Below, piece by piece: positions 46,500 through 57,749 of a DNA stretch of 64,000 nucleotides. Positions within the stretch are counted from its first letter, which is position 1. Each line of letters opens with the position of its first letter. Position numbers and translations under genes: made by a program. The DNA comes from Schmidtea polychroa (lineage: Eukaryota). The stretch spans positions 13,330,001 to 13,394,000 of the forward strand of contig CM097887.1 of the NCBI GenBank assembly GCA_044892525.1. The letters are read 5' to 3'. The notes beneath the pieces were generated by a model. It was not told where the DNA came from, searched no databases, and saw nothing but the letters and a program-made list of their open reading frames with translations.

Positions 46500-46877
46500 A
46501 TGTCAAATTTAACTGTAAATGGTATATTTTGATTATTGCTTTTTATATTTATAATTTTAAATGTTTTAGAAAAAATGATACAGATTCTGATTGGGAAAAT
46601 GGGGGAATTATATCCGAATATTTTAAAGGATCTAATCTATTGGGCACCAGAGATTATTCCATTCAGAATATGGATGTCTACCGGAATAGATTTGAATGTG
46701 GTTTTGTTTGATCACTTGAGGACGTTAGAAGACGATCTTGACCCTGTTGACAGCAGCAAGCCATCAGTATGCCCATACAAATGCGAAGGATGTATTGATA
46801 GAGAGAAGAAGTATAATATATGGATATTAAGGAAAGAGTTGAGAAAAGCTCACTTTTCATTAATTGTAGATCACTAA
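46500..46877 (+). CDS. 109-aa hypothetical protein with a 48-bp 5' intron (exons 46500-46521, 46570-46877)
   Basis: ATG TCA AAT TTA ACT GTA AAT G|GTATAT...TTTTAG|AA AAA ATG joins in frame to ORF 46536..46877; YWAPE motif, CPYKCEGC, AATAAA overlapping the stop. Confidence 0.65.
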
Positions 46878-47049
46878 TAAATGTTTAGTTATTATAATAC
46901 AGTGTTTTCTAATTTTATATTGTTACTTGTGATAGTACACTATTTTTATGTTACATGTATTAGTATAATATTTTTAATATCACACTAATTAGTACACGTT
47001 TTAATTAACTAATTTGCAATACATCTGCAATACATATGCAAACCATGTA

Positions 47050-47110
47050 TGACTCACATACAAAGGTCACAAATGTAAAGGTCACATACAAAGGTCACAC
47101 ACGAAGGTCA
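47050..47110 (+). promoter_or_regulatory. Cluster of AAAGGTCA (x3), GAAGGTCA and TGACTCA motifs upstream of the TIR gene (mirrored at ~34572-34632)
   Basis: Motifs read directly from sequence; they match nuclear-receptor extended half-site and AP-1 consensus; function inferred. Confidence 0.4.
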
Positions 47111-47168
47111 ATGACACATGCATGTTGTTTGCAATACAAATGCATTCATTTGATTGGTTATACACAAG

Positions 47169-47176
47169 TATAAAAG
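47169..47176 (+). promoter_or_regulatory. TATA box (TATAAAAG) of the right TIR gene
   Basis: Consensus TATA ~40 nt upstream of ATG 47214. Confidence 0.6.
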
Positions 47177-47213
47177 AGAGATAAAATGACATCATAGTCA
47201 TTATTTTTAAAAA

Positions 47214-47687
47214 ATGCAATCCAAGAAGAACGTTTTTGGTGAGAAAACATTTTCTAATTTATTGAAAGAAACAAGCCCAATTAAGAAAATAACTGAGACG
47301 AAGCATGCCAAGAATGATGTGAAACCAGTACAAATGTATCATAACCATAAGATATATTTCTTGGTAGACGAAATTCCATATAAATTCTCAAATGCAGTCA
47401 AATTGATCAAGTCGCAATATTCAAGTTTCATTGCTCATATAACAAAAGAAGATGTTGTTGCAGTAAATAAAGTGTTGGGGAAAATCAATAAGAATCTAAG
47501 TTGCAATGGAAATATAATCATCAACAATCGAAATTCTCGTTTTCATGATGCCTTTGAAGAAATTGAATATAAAGATGGTGAAAGCTGGTTTGTAAATATT
47601 TCAATACAGGGATATAAAATGGATGAGAAAGATGTCATATCACCGATTTGGAAATTAGATAGTGCTCGAATTTCTCTGGGATTTTAA
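47214..47687 (+). CDS. 157-aa TIR-encoded protein, right copy (unknown function)
   Basis: Translation identical to 33995..34468. Confidence 0.8.
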   Translation: MQSKKNVFGEKTFSNLLKETSPIKKITETKHAKNDVKPVQMYHNHKIYFLVDEIPYKFSNAVKLIKSQYSSFIAHITKEDVVAVNKVLGKINKNLSCNGNIIINNRNSRFHDAFEEIEYKDGESWFVNISIQGYKMDEKDVISPIWKLDSARISLGF

Positions 47688-48248
47688 TAAATGTTTAGTT
47701 TTTAATACATCTTTTAATATGTCTTTTAATATAATTATTTACTATGAGTTAAGTATAGATGATTAATTTGTATTTTTTAAAAGTTGAAAATATGTGTGTA
47801 TGTAAAAGTTGGCTGAAAAATACATTGTTTAAGGTGTTATGATTATGAATTTGAAGTAAATATTGATGTCATTTTATAGAGATTAAAATTCTATCTATAT
47901 ATTGTTTGAGTGAAAATATCTCAATTTGTTTAAAAAGATGTGTAAATTTAAAAATCGTGTACTAAAAATGAAATTTCAGAATTTTGATTACATCATAGTC
48001 TCATTTAACAGAGAATTAAATTTCAAGTATAATGACATAAAAAATTCTTATAAAAAATTAAAATCAATGACGTAATCGATGTTTTAAAAAAATTTTAAAT
48101 TATTACGTAATCGATGATTAAAACAAAAAATAAAATTATTACGTAATCGATAATTAAAACAAAAATTTAAATTTAAAAAAAAAATATGGGGGGGGGGTCT
48201 TTTAAAAAATTAAAAAAAAAAAAAAAAAAAAAGTAGGGGGGGGGGTTT

Positions 48249-48287
<39 letters not shown>

Positions 48288-48782
48288 GGTATCTGGATCT
48301 AGAGTGCACATGGATCTAGAGTGCACATAACTACCTACTTCTGCAGTATTACTTATTTTTTTGATTAATAAAATTCGTAATTTTATTTAACTGTTATTTT
48401 GCACCTTTTTCTACACAACACGCACCCCGATTGTCCCGCCACATTTTTTAACGGTGATTCTATCGGGTCCTTCAGATCTCCTTACACACGCATGCACTTA
48501 CCAACAAAAATTTATAATATAATCCATATACAACACATATATAATATAATACCATCGAAACCTCCAATCATAATAATTATGTATGGATTTTGTTTATTTT
48601 ATTTATTATTATATGCCAAAATATATTTTTAAAAAGTCGAAAATTAGGTTAATTATTGGATTTTATGTTATTATTACACACCGCAACAATAGCCCAATTT
48701 GAATGTTCTGAACTATAAATCGCAAAGGTTCGTCATAAGTGGAATTAGTAATTTAATGTTTTATTATTCAAGAATTTGAGTA

Positions 48783-49960
48783 TTGAATATTTGGAGAGCT
48801 GAAAAATCAAGAACATTTGGGACACAAAAGCTTCCATCGAAGAATGACAAAGTATTAGATATCTGTAGCAGAGTGTGGTTACTTTTGGGGAGCCACGAAC
48901 TAATGCAGACAACGTTGGCCAGATATGGGGGCTTTTTAAAGTTGATCGAGCCTTACGATGAAAAAAGTAATTTTTATTTCACAAGATATACAAATTTAAT
49001 TATTTTTAATACAAATATCAATGTTATCAAGCTGAAGGAACTACTTGCCTTTGACTCAATTGAAATTTCGGACAACAAGGAGATTGCCACGGAAAGGAGC
49101 CGCTTCAGGGAAGAGAAATTTTTAAAAATGAATAAACTTTTTTAACAGTTTACAATGAGGTTTATGTTAATTTATTTTTACTCGCCACTGAGGTTATTGT
49201 GAGTACAAAATTGCTTGTAAGCTTCATTCACATCAAAATATAAAGATTTGCGGGCGTTCTATTCATCTTGTCAAGAAAACCAAAAGACTACTACTATGGG
49301 GTCCAGTATTCTTTTCAGAAACAATCAAATGATTATGTTGACCAAAACAAACCGGCATTGTTTTAGATTAGAGAAAGTTATGGTTATGATGAGGAAATTT
49401 GTAGAATGGATTTGACTGGAAGAGGGTTAACATATTATTTGATGAGAATTAAACATGATCAGAAATTTTGAAAGATGGCAGTGGGTGGACGTTAGAAATT
49501 TGTACGGGATAATCAGCTGTGTAATAATTTAATTTGTTCACAATATAAGTTTTGTAGCATGTCAAGATGTGAAAAGAAACACGGTTATTGGTTGTACAGA
49601 GATAAACCTTGAGAAAAGGAAATGTTGGCGAATGAAAATGAAAGCAATGGTGTGATGTATTTGGGAAATAGTCAAGTCAAATAATGAGATTTTGGATAAA
49701 AATCAAAGTAAACTCATTTGTGTGATCCGAGCAGCATGCTAGCAATCTATTGACGTCTGAATTAGGGTTAACGGTGAATCTAAACATATATTAGTCAGAG
49801 TGATTAATGGACATCAAAACGAAAGTGTCTTGATGGTTAAACAAAAACAGTTGCAGCGCATTATCATTGAATTTAGTTTCTAAGTAAATGAAGGAAATAA
49901 ATTGGCAGGAAAAGAGCCAATCGTTAATGAGAAAATAATGGTGGAAGTGCATCGGTATAT
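48783..49960 (+). pseudogene. Possible BEL/Pao gag-protease relic
   Basis: Broken reading RKFVRDNQLCNNL..KFCSMSRCEKKHGYWL resembles the BEL gag Cys/His cluster; heavily disrupted. Confidence 0.35.
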
Positions 49961-50200
49961 ATAACCAAATTTTAATGTGCGAGTATGTATGTGTAAGTTG
50001 ATTCAGTATACAAATTTGAATTATTTTTATTCTAGCTTATTTTGAATCCTAATTTCAATCGATTTTATTGGAGGTTTTTTATGAATTATACTTAATTTTA
50101 TTTTCTAAATTTTATATATGCTTTATTTTTAATTAGATTTGCCGTTATGATGGATATGTTCGTTTTCCAGAACATTCAATGTTGTTTTCGGGATTATTAA

Positions 50201-50507
50201 CCCTTTAGCCTCGGGCAACGTGGATATCGCGTTCCACTTTTTCAATACAATTCGGCGGGGTACAGTATTAACGCGTTGTATATAATTATTAGGATATTTA
50301 AGCTTTTTATCATTTAACAGTTGAACGCGACAATCACATTTCCCGCATTATCTACTTTAAAAGTTAATTAAAAAGCAAATTTTTTCTAAAATTTTCGTTT
50401 TTCTTTTTATATCCTTTTAATATAATTTTTATAACTTTTAATAAAAGCTGTTTAAAAAAGCCCGCGGTTCTATACAGAAAAATAAAAAAACGCCCGAGGC
50501 CATAGGG
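50201..50507. mobile_element. piggyBac MITE, 307 bp
   Basis: TTAA|CCCTTTAGCCTCGGGC ... GCCCGAGGCCATAGGG|TTAA. Confidence 0.85.
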
Positions 50508-51015
50508 TTAATATATAAATCTTATTTTCTGGCAATTTTGTGTTGTTTTTTTTTATCTTTTTAAATTTAGTTTAGTTGGTATTGTAAAGTGTTTTTAATT
50601 TAACTTCACTTTGCTGTATTCCTTGGTTTGAACATTTTAATGGGACAAGTAAGGGAAAACAGTATAAACGATTATTGGTTACTGATATACAGATTGAAAC
50701 ACCAATTTTTGGCAAAGTCATGCCTCGAAATCGGTTCAGGCAAATATTAAAATCGTTACATTTTTGTAATAATGATGAAAACGCAGATCGACTCTTTAAA
50801 ATTGAACCAGTAGTAGAATATTTTTTAAATAAATTTTATACAGTTTATAAACCAAAACTAAATCTTTCTTTGGATGAGGCAATCATACCCTACAGAGGCC
50901 AGCTAAGTTTCCGTGTTTACAACCCAGGAAAGATTAATAAATATGGCATGCTTGTCAGAATGCTTTGCGAATCTAAAAGTGGATACATAACTAACTTTAA
51001 AATCTATAGCGCTAG

Positions 51016-54000
51016 TAGGGTTGTTAATATCGGTTTTTCGAGCAATCCGATTATCGTTTGTATAAATCCGATTTTAAACCGATTATCGTTTGCACTTTGC
51101 ATAACCAAAGCTACTTACATTATTACTATTCACGCACGTGTATAGTATAATTAGTTTTATTCAAAGTTTATACCACACACAAGGAGAATATGAACTGACT
51201 GTTTATGTAAAAAGTTAAAGCATATAAGTAAATTTGTTTTCAATTTCTTCGGTAATTTTCCCTGTATATACTAAAGTATAAATCAAAATAAAACTTTCCG
51301 GTGCTGTGGCGGCCTTATTTTAAAATTAAACATAAACATATCGAAACCATAGATATCAAAAACAAAGATTCCAAAGTGTAAACATTTAAAAGTAAGTACT
51401 AAATTCGATTTTATTTTTAAATATCAGACAAGTCCTGGTTCATATTCAAAAAAACCAAAGATTCTGCATGATCTGGAAGGAGCCGGTTACGAAGCTTGGT
51501 TATCAGACGTCCAGTGGCCGAAAATAATCGTTCCGATTGCACTGAGGTTGCAGGAATGCATAAGAACTTCCGGGCAAGAATAGCTGTTTTGGGGAAAAGT
51601 TTCATATTATGTTTCCACCACTCCAGGGCTGTTTCACTTGAGTTTGTCGACCATGATGATTTGACGTAATATTCAAAGTCGGATTCCTCTGGCGCCTGTT
51701 GTGCTGCACTATCACCAAGGAGAAACATAACTGCATCATGATTTGGTCGTGATCTTTTAGTTGGTGGGATCATGTTATCTTCATCCCGACTCGTCTTCGG
51801 CTGTTCGGGGCAATCTGGCAGCTGTCTGATGAGATGACGGACATTTTCATACGCCAGCTTTTTGAAATCGTCCGGAAATCCAGGAAGATGCTTATACATC
51901 GGATCGAGAATTGATGCAACAACGCATTCGTTTTTTGCTGTTTCATTATTTTCTAATCCAAAACGACGTGAAATATTCTTAGCAAGATCTCTCTTAAATT
52001 CACCCATAATGTCAGAATCTTCTTCTTTAATGGTTAAATGATTTTTCACGAGTCCCCATAACATGGGAAAAACACAAGAGGCTGATGGCTGGCTTTCGGC
52101 TGACATGACGGACGTCACGATCTGCCACGCTTTTAAAACAGGGAGCAATTCAGTCATCAGTTGCCAATAATCGTCCTTCATGCCCAACGTTTTGGCATCG
52201 TTCAATTTCACCACGTTTTTGTCGCTCAATACTGCAACTACTGGCCATCTCAGTTCTACTAGTCGTTCAAACATGTCATAGACGCTGTTCCAACGAGTCT
52301 TACAGTGCCGAATAAGTTTTAGTGGCGTTTTATCCTTGTCCATGGACAACTGTCTTTTCAGGAGCTCCCCCGTTGCCATTGGGCTATGTGAGAAATGTCC
52401 GACTAGTCGTGCTGCAGCTGATATACATTTGGAAATTTGATGATCCGTGACAACATGGGAGCGCATTGCATTATTGATGCAAAGTTGCAATTTATGCGCC
52501 GCACAGTGAACGTCAAACCATCCATTGAGATTGCCTGCATGATTGATGTTGGATGCACCATGCAACAATTTTTTCTTTTATTGACCATTCATCAGCTATA
52601 CTACATAGATGGTCAGCAATGACGGCTTGTGTGTGGCGTTGAGTCATCAGAATTGTTCCAAGAACAGGCGTCATCATATTCCAGTCTGTATCAATGTAGC
52701 TTGCAGTAAAACTGAGATAAGCTTCATTGGTGACACTAGTCCAGATGTCGGTAGTGATCGCAATGTCCTTGACATTTTCATGGATATATTTCGACATTTT
52801 GACCACTAAATTATTTTTCATTGCTGTTAGTCGTGCTGTCATCGTCTGACGACACGGAGGACGATATCCTGGCTCCACTATCGCCATCAATTCACGGAAG
52901 GATTTCGATTCCACGAGCGAAATTGCCAACATATTTTCGGAAATCAATCTCGCAACAGCAGCCGTAATTTTTTCCTGTTTACTACTCGGACAATTTCTTT
53001 GTGTTGTAATCAATGCAGTCAATCGTGTTTGAGTATTTGAAGATGTTGTTAATCCACCATGTTTGCTACGCAAATGTGCATGCAAACCAGTCGTAGTACC
53101 TCCACTCCTACTTATTTGCTGTGCACAGAGCTTACATTGTGCCATCGTCGCCGAAATTTTATCAAAATTGTCCCAGACGTCAGACTTATTTATACGGAAA
53201 CCCATAAATTTAAACTGATTTTGTATTGATTTAGATAATATAAAAAATGTTTATTGAATATTACGTAATATTCAAACTAAACCGCAATTTTCAATTATAT
53301 CGATTAATAACAGCTACTACGAGAGCAACTAACTGAATGAATGGAAATTATATAACAGTTTATATGTTTATAGTAGATTTGAACCATGGATTGAACTTTC
53401 CAAAATCTTGTCATAAATTAAAATCCCGAAAATCAATTTACTTCGACCTGAGCAGCCTCTTAGACATTGTCAAAAGATCAACAAACTGAATAAATTTGAG
53501 AATGGTCGTCACCCAAACTTGAAGTTTGTCCTAGTGTCCAACTCTCTTCCATATTTCAATGGGTAAACAACCAAACATTATGATTCGAGGAATGGCACAT
53601 GTCTTTCGATCTCTTTACATCTGGCTTTCATGAAGATGATGCGGTATGCAATTCAGTTTATTCTGGTTATAAGTTAAAACCAGAATAAACTTTTAACCGG
53701 TTCGCAGATGCAAGATATCAGATTGCAAAATAGACCTTCACGGACTAAACACAAAATCGCCGACCTCGGCCACATCTAGTCCCTGTCAAGGGGGTTAATA
53801 GCTAAGCTTCTGTTATGGACTGCAGTAATCAAATCTTTGGTGGCCGATTTCGGCAACAAATATCAGGTTGCCAAACAAAACCGGCAAAATGCAAATACTA
53901 AAACACACAACCACAACCTTGGCCTCAGCTGGTCCCGATTAAAAGATTTAATGGGCACAGTACCTGTCAGGGGCTGTATAAAACAAATCAGCGGTTGCCG

Positions 54001-54344
54001 ATTACGGACATCAACTGACAAATAACTGGTCAGTCGGTGAAATATGTTGGAATACTAGAGCAACCTCTTGCCGTTGTTACAGGAATGGGATAATTGAAAA
54101 GATTGACTCATGTACAAACACGTTGTAAGGAGTTTTGACGAGTTGAAAAAAACTGCCCCTTTCTGTCGGTAAAATTGAATGGATACAGTAGTAAACAATG
54201 AACAAAATTAAATTCCCGGCATTCAATTTATCTGTATAATATGTAAAAGACAAACAAAACCGATTATCGTTTTGTGAAATAAAGAAACCGATAATCGTTT
54301 TCAAAATCGAAAATCGGATTTCCGATTTTCGTTTAACAACCCTA
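51016..54344 (-). mobile_element. hAT (Ac/ZBED-like) DNA transposon, 3329 bp
   Basis: TIRs TAGGGTTGTTAA / TTAACAACCCTA; perfect 8-bp TSD AGCGCTAG. Confidence 0.95.
51417..53205 (-). pseudogene. hAT transposase with BED zinc finger, split by a frameshift near 52560
   Basis: VWDNF..AQCKLC..LHAHLRSKH, TTDIWTS, CAAHKLQL, TRWNS, WWK, CIPATSVQSERLFS; the frameshift falls at the expected xDNASN catalytic motif. Confidence 0.9.
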
Positions 54345-55449
54345 AGCGCTAGTGGACAAAAGTTGCAAAATCTCGTAAACATTCTTTTAGTTAAATATGA
54401 AAATATTTGGCACCATGTTTACATGGACAACTATTACAATAGTGTTGAATTAGCAGAGCAGTTACTTTTCAAGAAGATAAGAATTTGTGGTACAATAAGA
54501 GAAAATCGCGGGTTACTTCAAGATATAAGAAAAATTAAGTTAAGAAGAGGTCAGCATGTTTTCCGTAGAAAGATGATATTTTAATTCATATATGGAAAAA
54601 TAAAAGATATGTCAGAATGATTTCGACAATACACCAGGCAAGACTAGTAGAAACCGGTAAAATAAATCGAAAACTGGTGAAATGATAAGAAAGCCAGAAA
54701 GTATTATAGATTACAATATCTATATGAATAGTGTTGATTTGGCTAATTAATATTTGTCTTATAATCCGAATATAAGAAAAAGTATCAAATGAACAAAAAA
54801 GGCTTTCATTTGTGGTATTCAAGAAACTGAATCCAGCAAAGAAGATCAAGTTTACCTCATATTTACTACAAGTTGCTAAAGATTGGATCGAAAATCAAGA
54901 TAGTGTTTGTTCACAAATTTCTGAGGGTCCATCAAAAAGAGCCTCCTGTAAAGATCCACTAAATAGACTTTCCGGAGATATAAATACCCATAGGCTTGTG
55001 AAACTTCGTAGTTCTGGGGAGAAAAAATTTCCTCATAAACGTTGCAAAGTATGCAAAAGGATAGAAATCTGCTTCATGCGCTGTGATATAAACTATAGTG
55101 GCTCTTCTCTCTACATTGCGCCGTACATTAGCGGTATTCAACGATCGCTATGTAAACAAGGCGTGGCTTAACACCGATTGGAGTAAAAATTTTTAGCGGC
55201 CAGTAATGAGTTAAGAGTGAATTTATTAAGAAAAAGTAATAACCGAATTCTGAGTTATTACTATCGAGTTAAAATCTTTAGGGCCAGTCTTGATACTTAA
55301 AAATATCTCTTCAGGACGGTTTGAGATAACCGATCACTTTCCTTCAGAAAGCAACATACAAGTATTGTACACTACATTTTTATTCTTTGTAAATTTTGTA
55401 ATAACAATAATAAAAGTTAAAACATATCTTGTTAAATGTAATGTATATA

Positions 55450-57152
55450 CCGTAATTATCCGAATATAAGACGCATCCAATATAAGACGCATCATTAAAA
55501 ATTGACTGAATTCAAGAAAATATAAGTAACCCAAATATAAGACGCATGTATAATTATTACATTAAATTTATATTACATTAAATTTATTTTTTGTTTAAAA
55601 TTAAAATTTCAGTTACTTAAATTTAAATTTTTATTTCCCTATAATGTCTTCTAAACGCTGCAGTTATACGACAGGTTTCAAATTGAAGGTAATTGAAGCA
55701 GCCGAACGTATCGGAAATAGAGGAGCATCTAGAGAATATGGACTCAGTGAAGCTAATGTAAGGCATTGGAGAAATAATAAAAATACTTTAAAAGAGTGCA
55801 GATCCTCTACAAAGGCCCCTGGCAGAGGGAGGAAATTATTTTTTCCTGACGTGGAGAAAAAATTAGTTGAATATGTTCATGAAAGGCGATTTTCAGGTTC
55901 CTCAATATCCACTGTAGAAGTTAGATTGAAGGCTTTAGAGTTAGTCAAGGAGATGTATCCTGGTTCAATATTTAAAGCCTCGGCGCGCTGGTGCCAGCTC
56001 TTCATGAAAAGGAATGATATTTCTATAAGAAGAAGGACTTCGATTGCACAGCGACTGCCGGATGATGTAGAAAATAAGCTGCTCGACTATCAGAAATATA
56101 TAATAAATTTAAGGAAAAGGCATGAATATCCAATTAGTTGCATAGCAAATGGGGATCAGACTCCACTAAGTTTTGATATACCTTCATTTCAGACATTGGA
56201 TTTCAAAGGAGTCAAGTCCGTACCTATTAAAACTACAGGCAACGAAAAGAATCGGTTTACAGTTATGTTGGGAGCTTATGGTGACGGCAAGAAGATGCCG
56301 CCTTATGTAATTTTTAAAAGAAAATCTTTACCAAAGAACATTCATTGGCCAGCTGGTATGATTGTTAAAGCACAAGAAAATGGATGGATGAATGAGGAGT
56401 TGACTAAGGATTGGATTAAGACTATTTGGTGTAATGATAGAAAAGATGAATTTCGAAATTCAAGGAGGTTACTGGTATTAGACGCATTTAGATGCCACCG
56501 TATGCCATGCGTAAAGGAAATTTTGGCAAAAAACAAAACAGATCTTGTGATTATTCCTGGAGGGATGACCGGGCAACTCCAAGTTATGGATGTAGTTTGC
56601 AATAGGCCATTTAAACAAGAGATGCGAAAGAGATGGAATGAGTGGTTTTTTTCTGGAGCTCCATCATTTACTGCTTCTGGAAACAGACGAAAGGTTGATT
56701 TAGAAACTATTTGCAAATGGATTCAATTATCATGGGATGCAGTTAGTGAGGCAATTATTATCAAAGGATTCAAGAAATGTTGTTTGAGTAATGCTATGGA
56801 TGGATCAGAAGACGATGTTATTTGGCAGGACGATATATCTGATGTAGGGAATGAGGATGATGATATGGAAAATGAATTAATGTTTGAAGAAGTGGACGAG
56901 TCCATTGAGATTGAGAATTTGATAAAAAGTGAAGATGAAAATAATGATCTCTGTAATGAAAAAAACATTCTGTAACTAATAAAAAAATATTTTGTATTAA
57001 TTTATGCTTTATTTCCCTTGCCCATACCGGGTTTTCAGAAAGTTTGCTGAGTAGGAAAAAATATTTCCTGTTATACCCATGTATAAGACGCACCACGATT
57101 ATCATCCCCAAAAGTGATGAAAAAAAAGCGTCTTATATTCGGATAATTACGG
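55450..57152 (+). mobile_element. Intact pogo-family DNA transposon, 1703 bp
   Basis: Perfect 25-bp TIRs CCGTAATTATCCGAATATAAGACGC with TA flanks; internal ATATAAGACGC repeats. Confidence 0.95.
55644..56975 (+). CDS. pogo transposase (Brinker-type HTH, Tc5 HTH, DDE), 443 aa, uninterrupted
   Basis: YTTGFKLKVI, FKASARWCQLFMKR, NGDQTP, LVLDAFRCH, QVMDVVCN. Confidence 0.93.
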   Translation: MSSKRCSYTTGFKLKVIEAAERIGNRGASREYGLSEANVRHWRNNKNTLKECRSSTKAPGRGRKLFFPDVEKKLVEYVHERRFSGSSISTVEVRLKALELVKEMYPGSIFKASARWCQLFMKRNDISIRRRTSIAQRLPDDVENKLLDYQKYIINLRKRHEYPISCIANGDQTPLSFDIPSFQTLDFKGVKSVPIKTTGNEKNRFTVMLGAYGDGKKMPPYVIFKRKSLPKNIHWPAGMIVKAQENGWMNEELTKDWIKTIWCNDRKDEFRNSRRLLVLDAFRCHRMPCVKEILAKNKTDLVIIPGGMTGQLQVMDVVCNRPFKQEMRKRWNEWFFSGAPSFTASGNRRKVDLETICKWIQLSWDAVSEAIIIKGFKKCCLSNAMDGSEDDVIWQDDISDVGNEDDDMENELMFEEVDESIEIENLIKSEDENNDLCNEKNIL

Positions 57153-57749
57153 TACTTGACTATAAAGTCGTTTGAGTATAAGTTAGAAGTCGATTTTAAT
57201 TAATTTTTAGCTATCCAAATTTTTGGCTTGAGCATAAGTCGGAGATTAAAAAGACAACCAGTAACAGCATTTTTATATATTATTTGTTAATTTATTCAAA
57301 ATATTTACTACAAAAAACGAGGGGCTTCTCACCGAAAAAAGTGGGACTGAGTTCCCGGCATCGTCCTTTGAATTATATATTGAATTATTTATTATACCTA
57401 TTGGAATTACGGTTAGTGTTACCTTATATGGGCAATGGAAATTTAATTCTATTATACCTATTTAACATACGATTTATTTACCAAATTTATCTGCCCATTT
57501 GCGTTTCATTTTATATTTAATGTAATGCCTTAGTTGGATTTAAAAAAAAATTAATTAAGTTTTAGAAACGATTTAGAGTTAATTTGAAATTAACTTTTCT
57601 TTATTTCAACTTTTATTTTATTTATCAGAATAATTCGTCAATATTTATTTTAATTAATTTAATTTATATTTTAGCTACTTTACATGTTAATATCTATTGC
57701 ACTGTCGGTGTTAAGTGTCGGGGCTAGGTCATATACCTGAGTTCCACAC

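Larger units (their letters stand above)
33347..48339. mobile_element. Complete Maverick/Polinton (adintovirus-like endogenous virus), 14,993 bp
   Basis: Starts AGTAGGTAG, ends CTACCTACT; perfect 6-bp TSD TCTGCA (33341-33346, 48340-48345); full PolB/INT/ATPase/PRO/MCP/mCP gene set. Confidence 0.98.
46913..48339. repeat. Right terminal inverted repeat (~1.43 kb)
   Basis: Reverse complement of 33347-34788. Confidence 0.95.
50660..55210 (+). mobile_element. 5'-truncated piggyBac (PGBD4-like transposase pseudogene) interrupted by a hAT
   Basis: MPRNRF..I..SLHF, LSLDEA, KYG, YMDNYY, CGTIRENRG, NSVD, RCKVC; right end ...GCCAGTAATGAG|TTAA at 55210; removing the hAT restores IYSASGQKLQNLV. Confidence 0.88.

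Noticed and set aside
53810-54080. TGTTA...TTACA segment as a solo LTR inside the hAT
   Set aside because: Flanks show no target-site duplication
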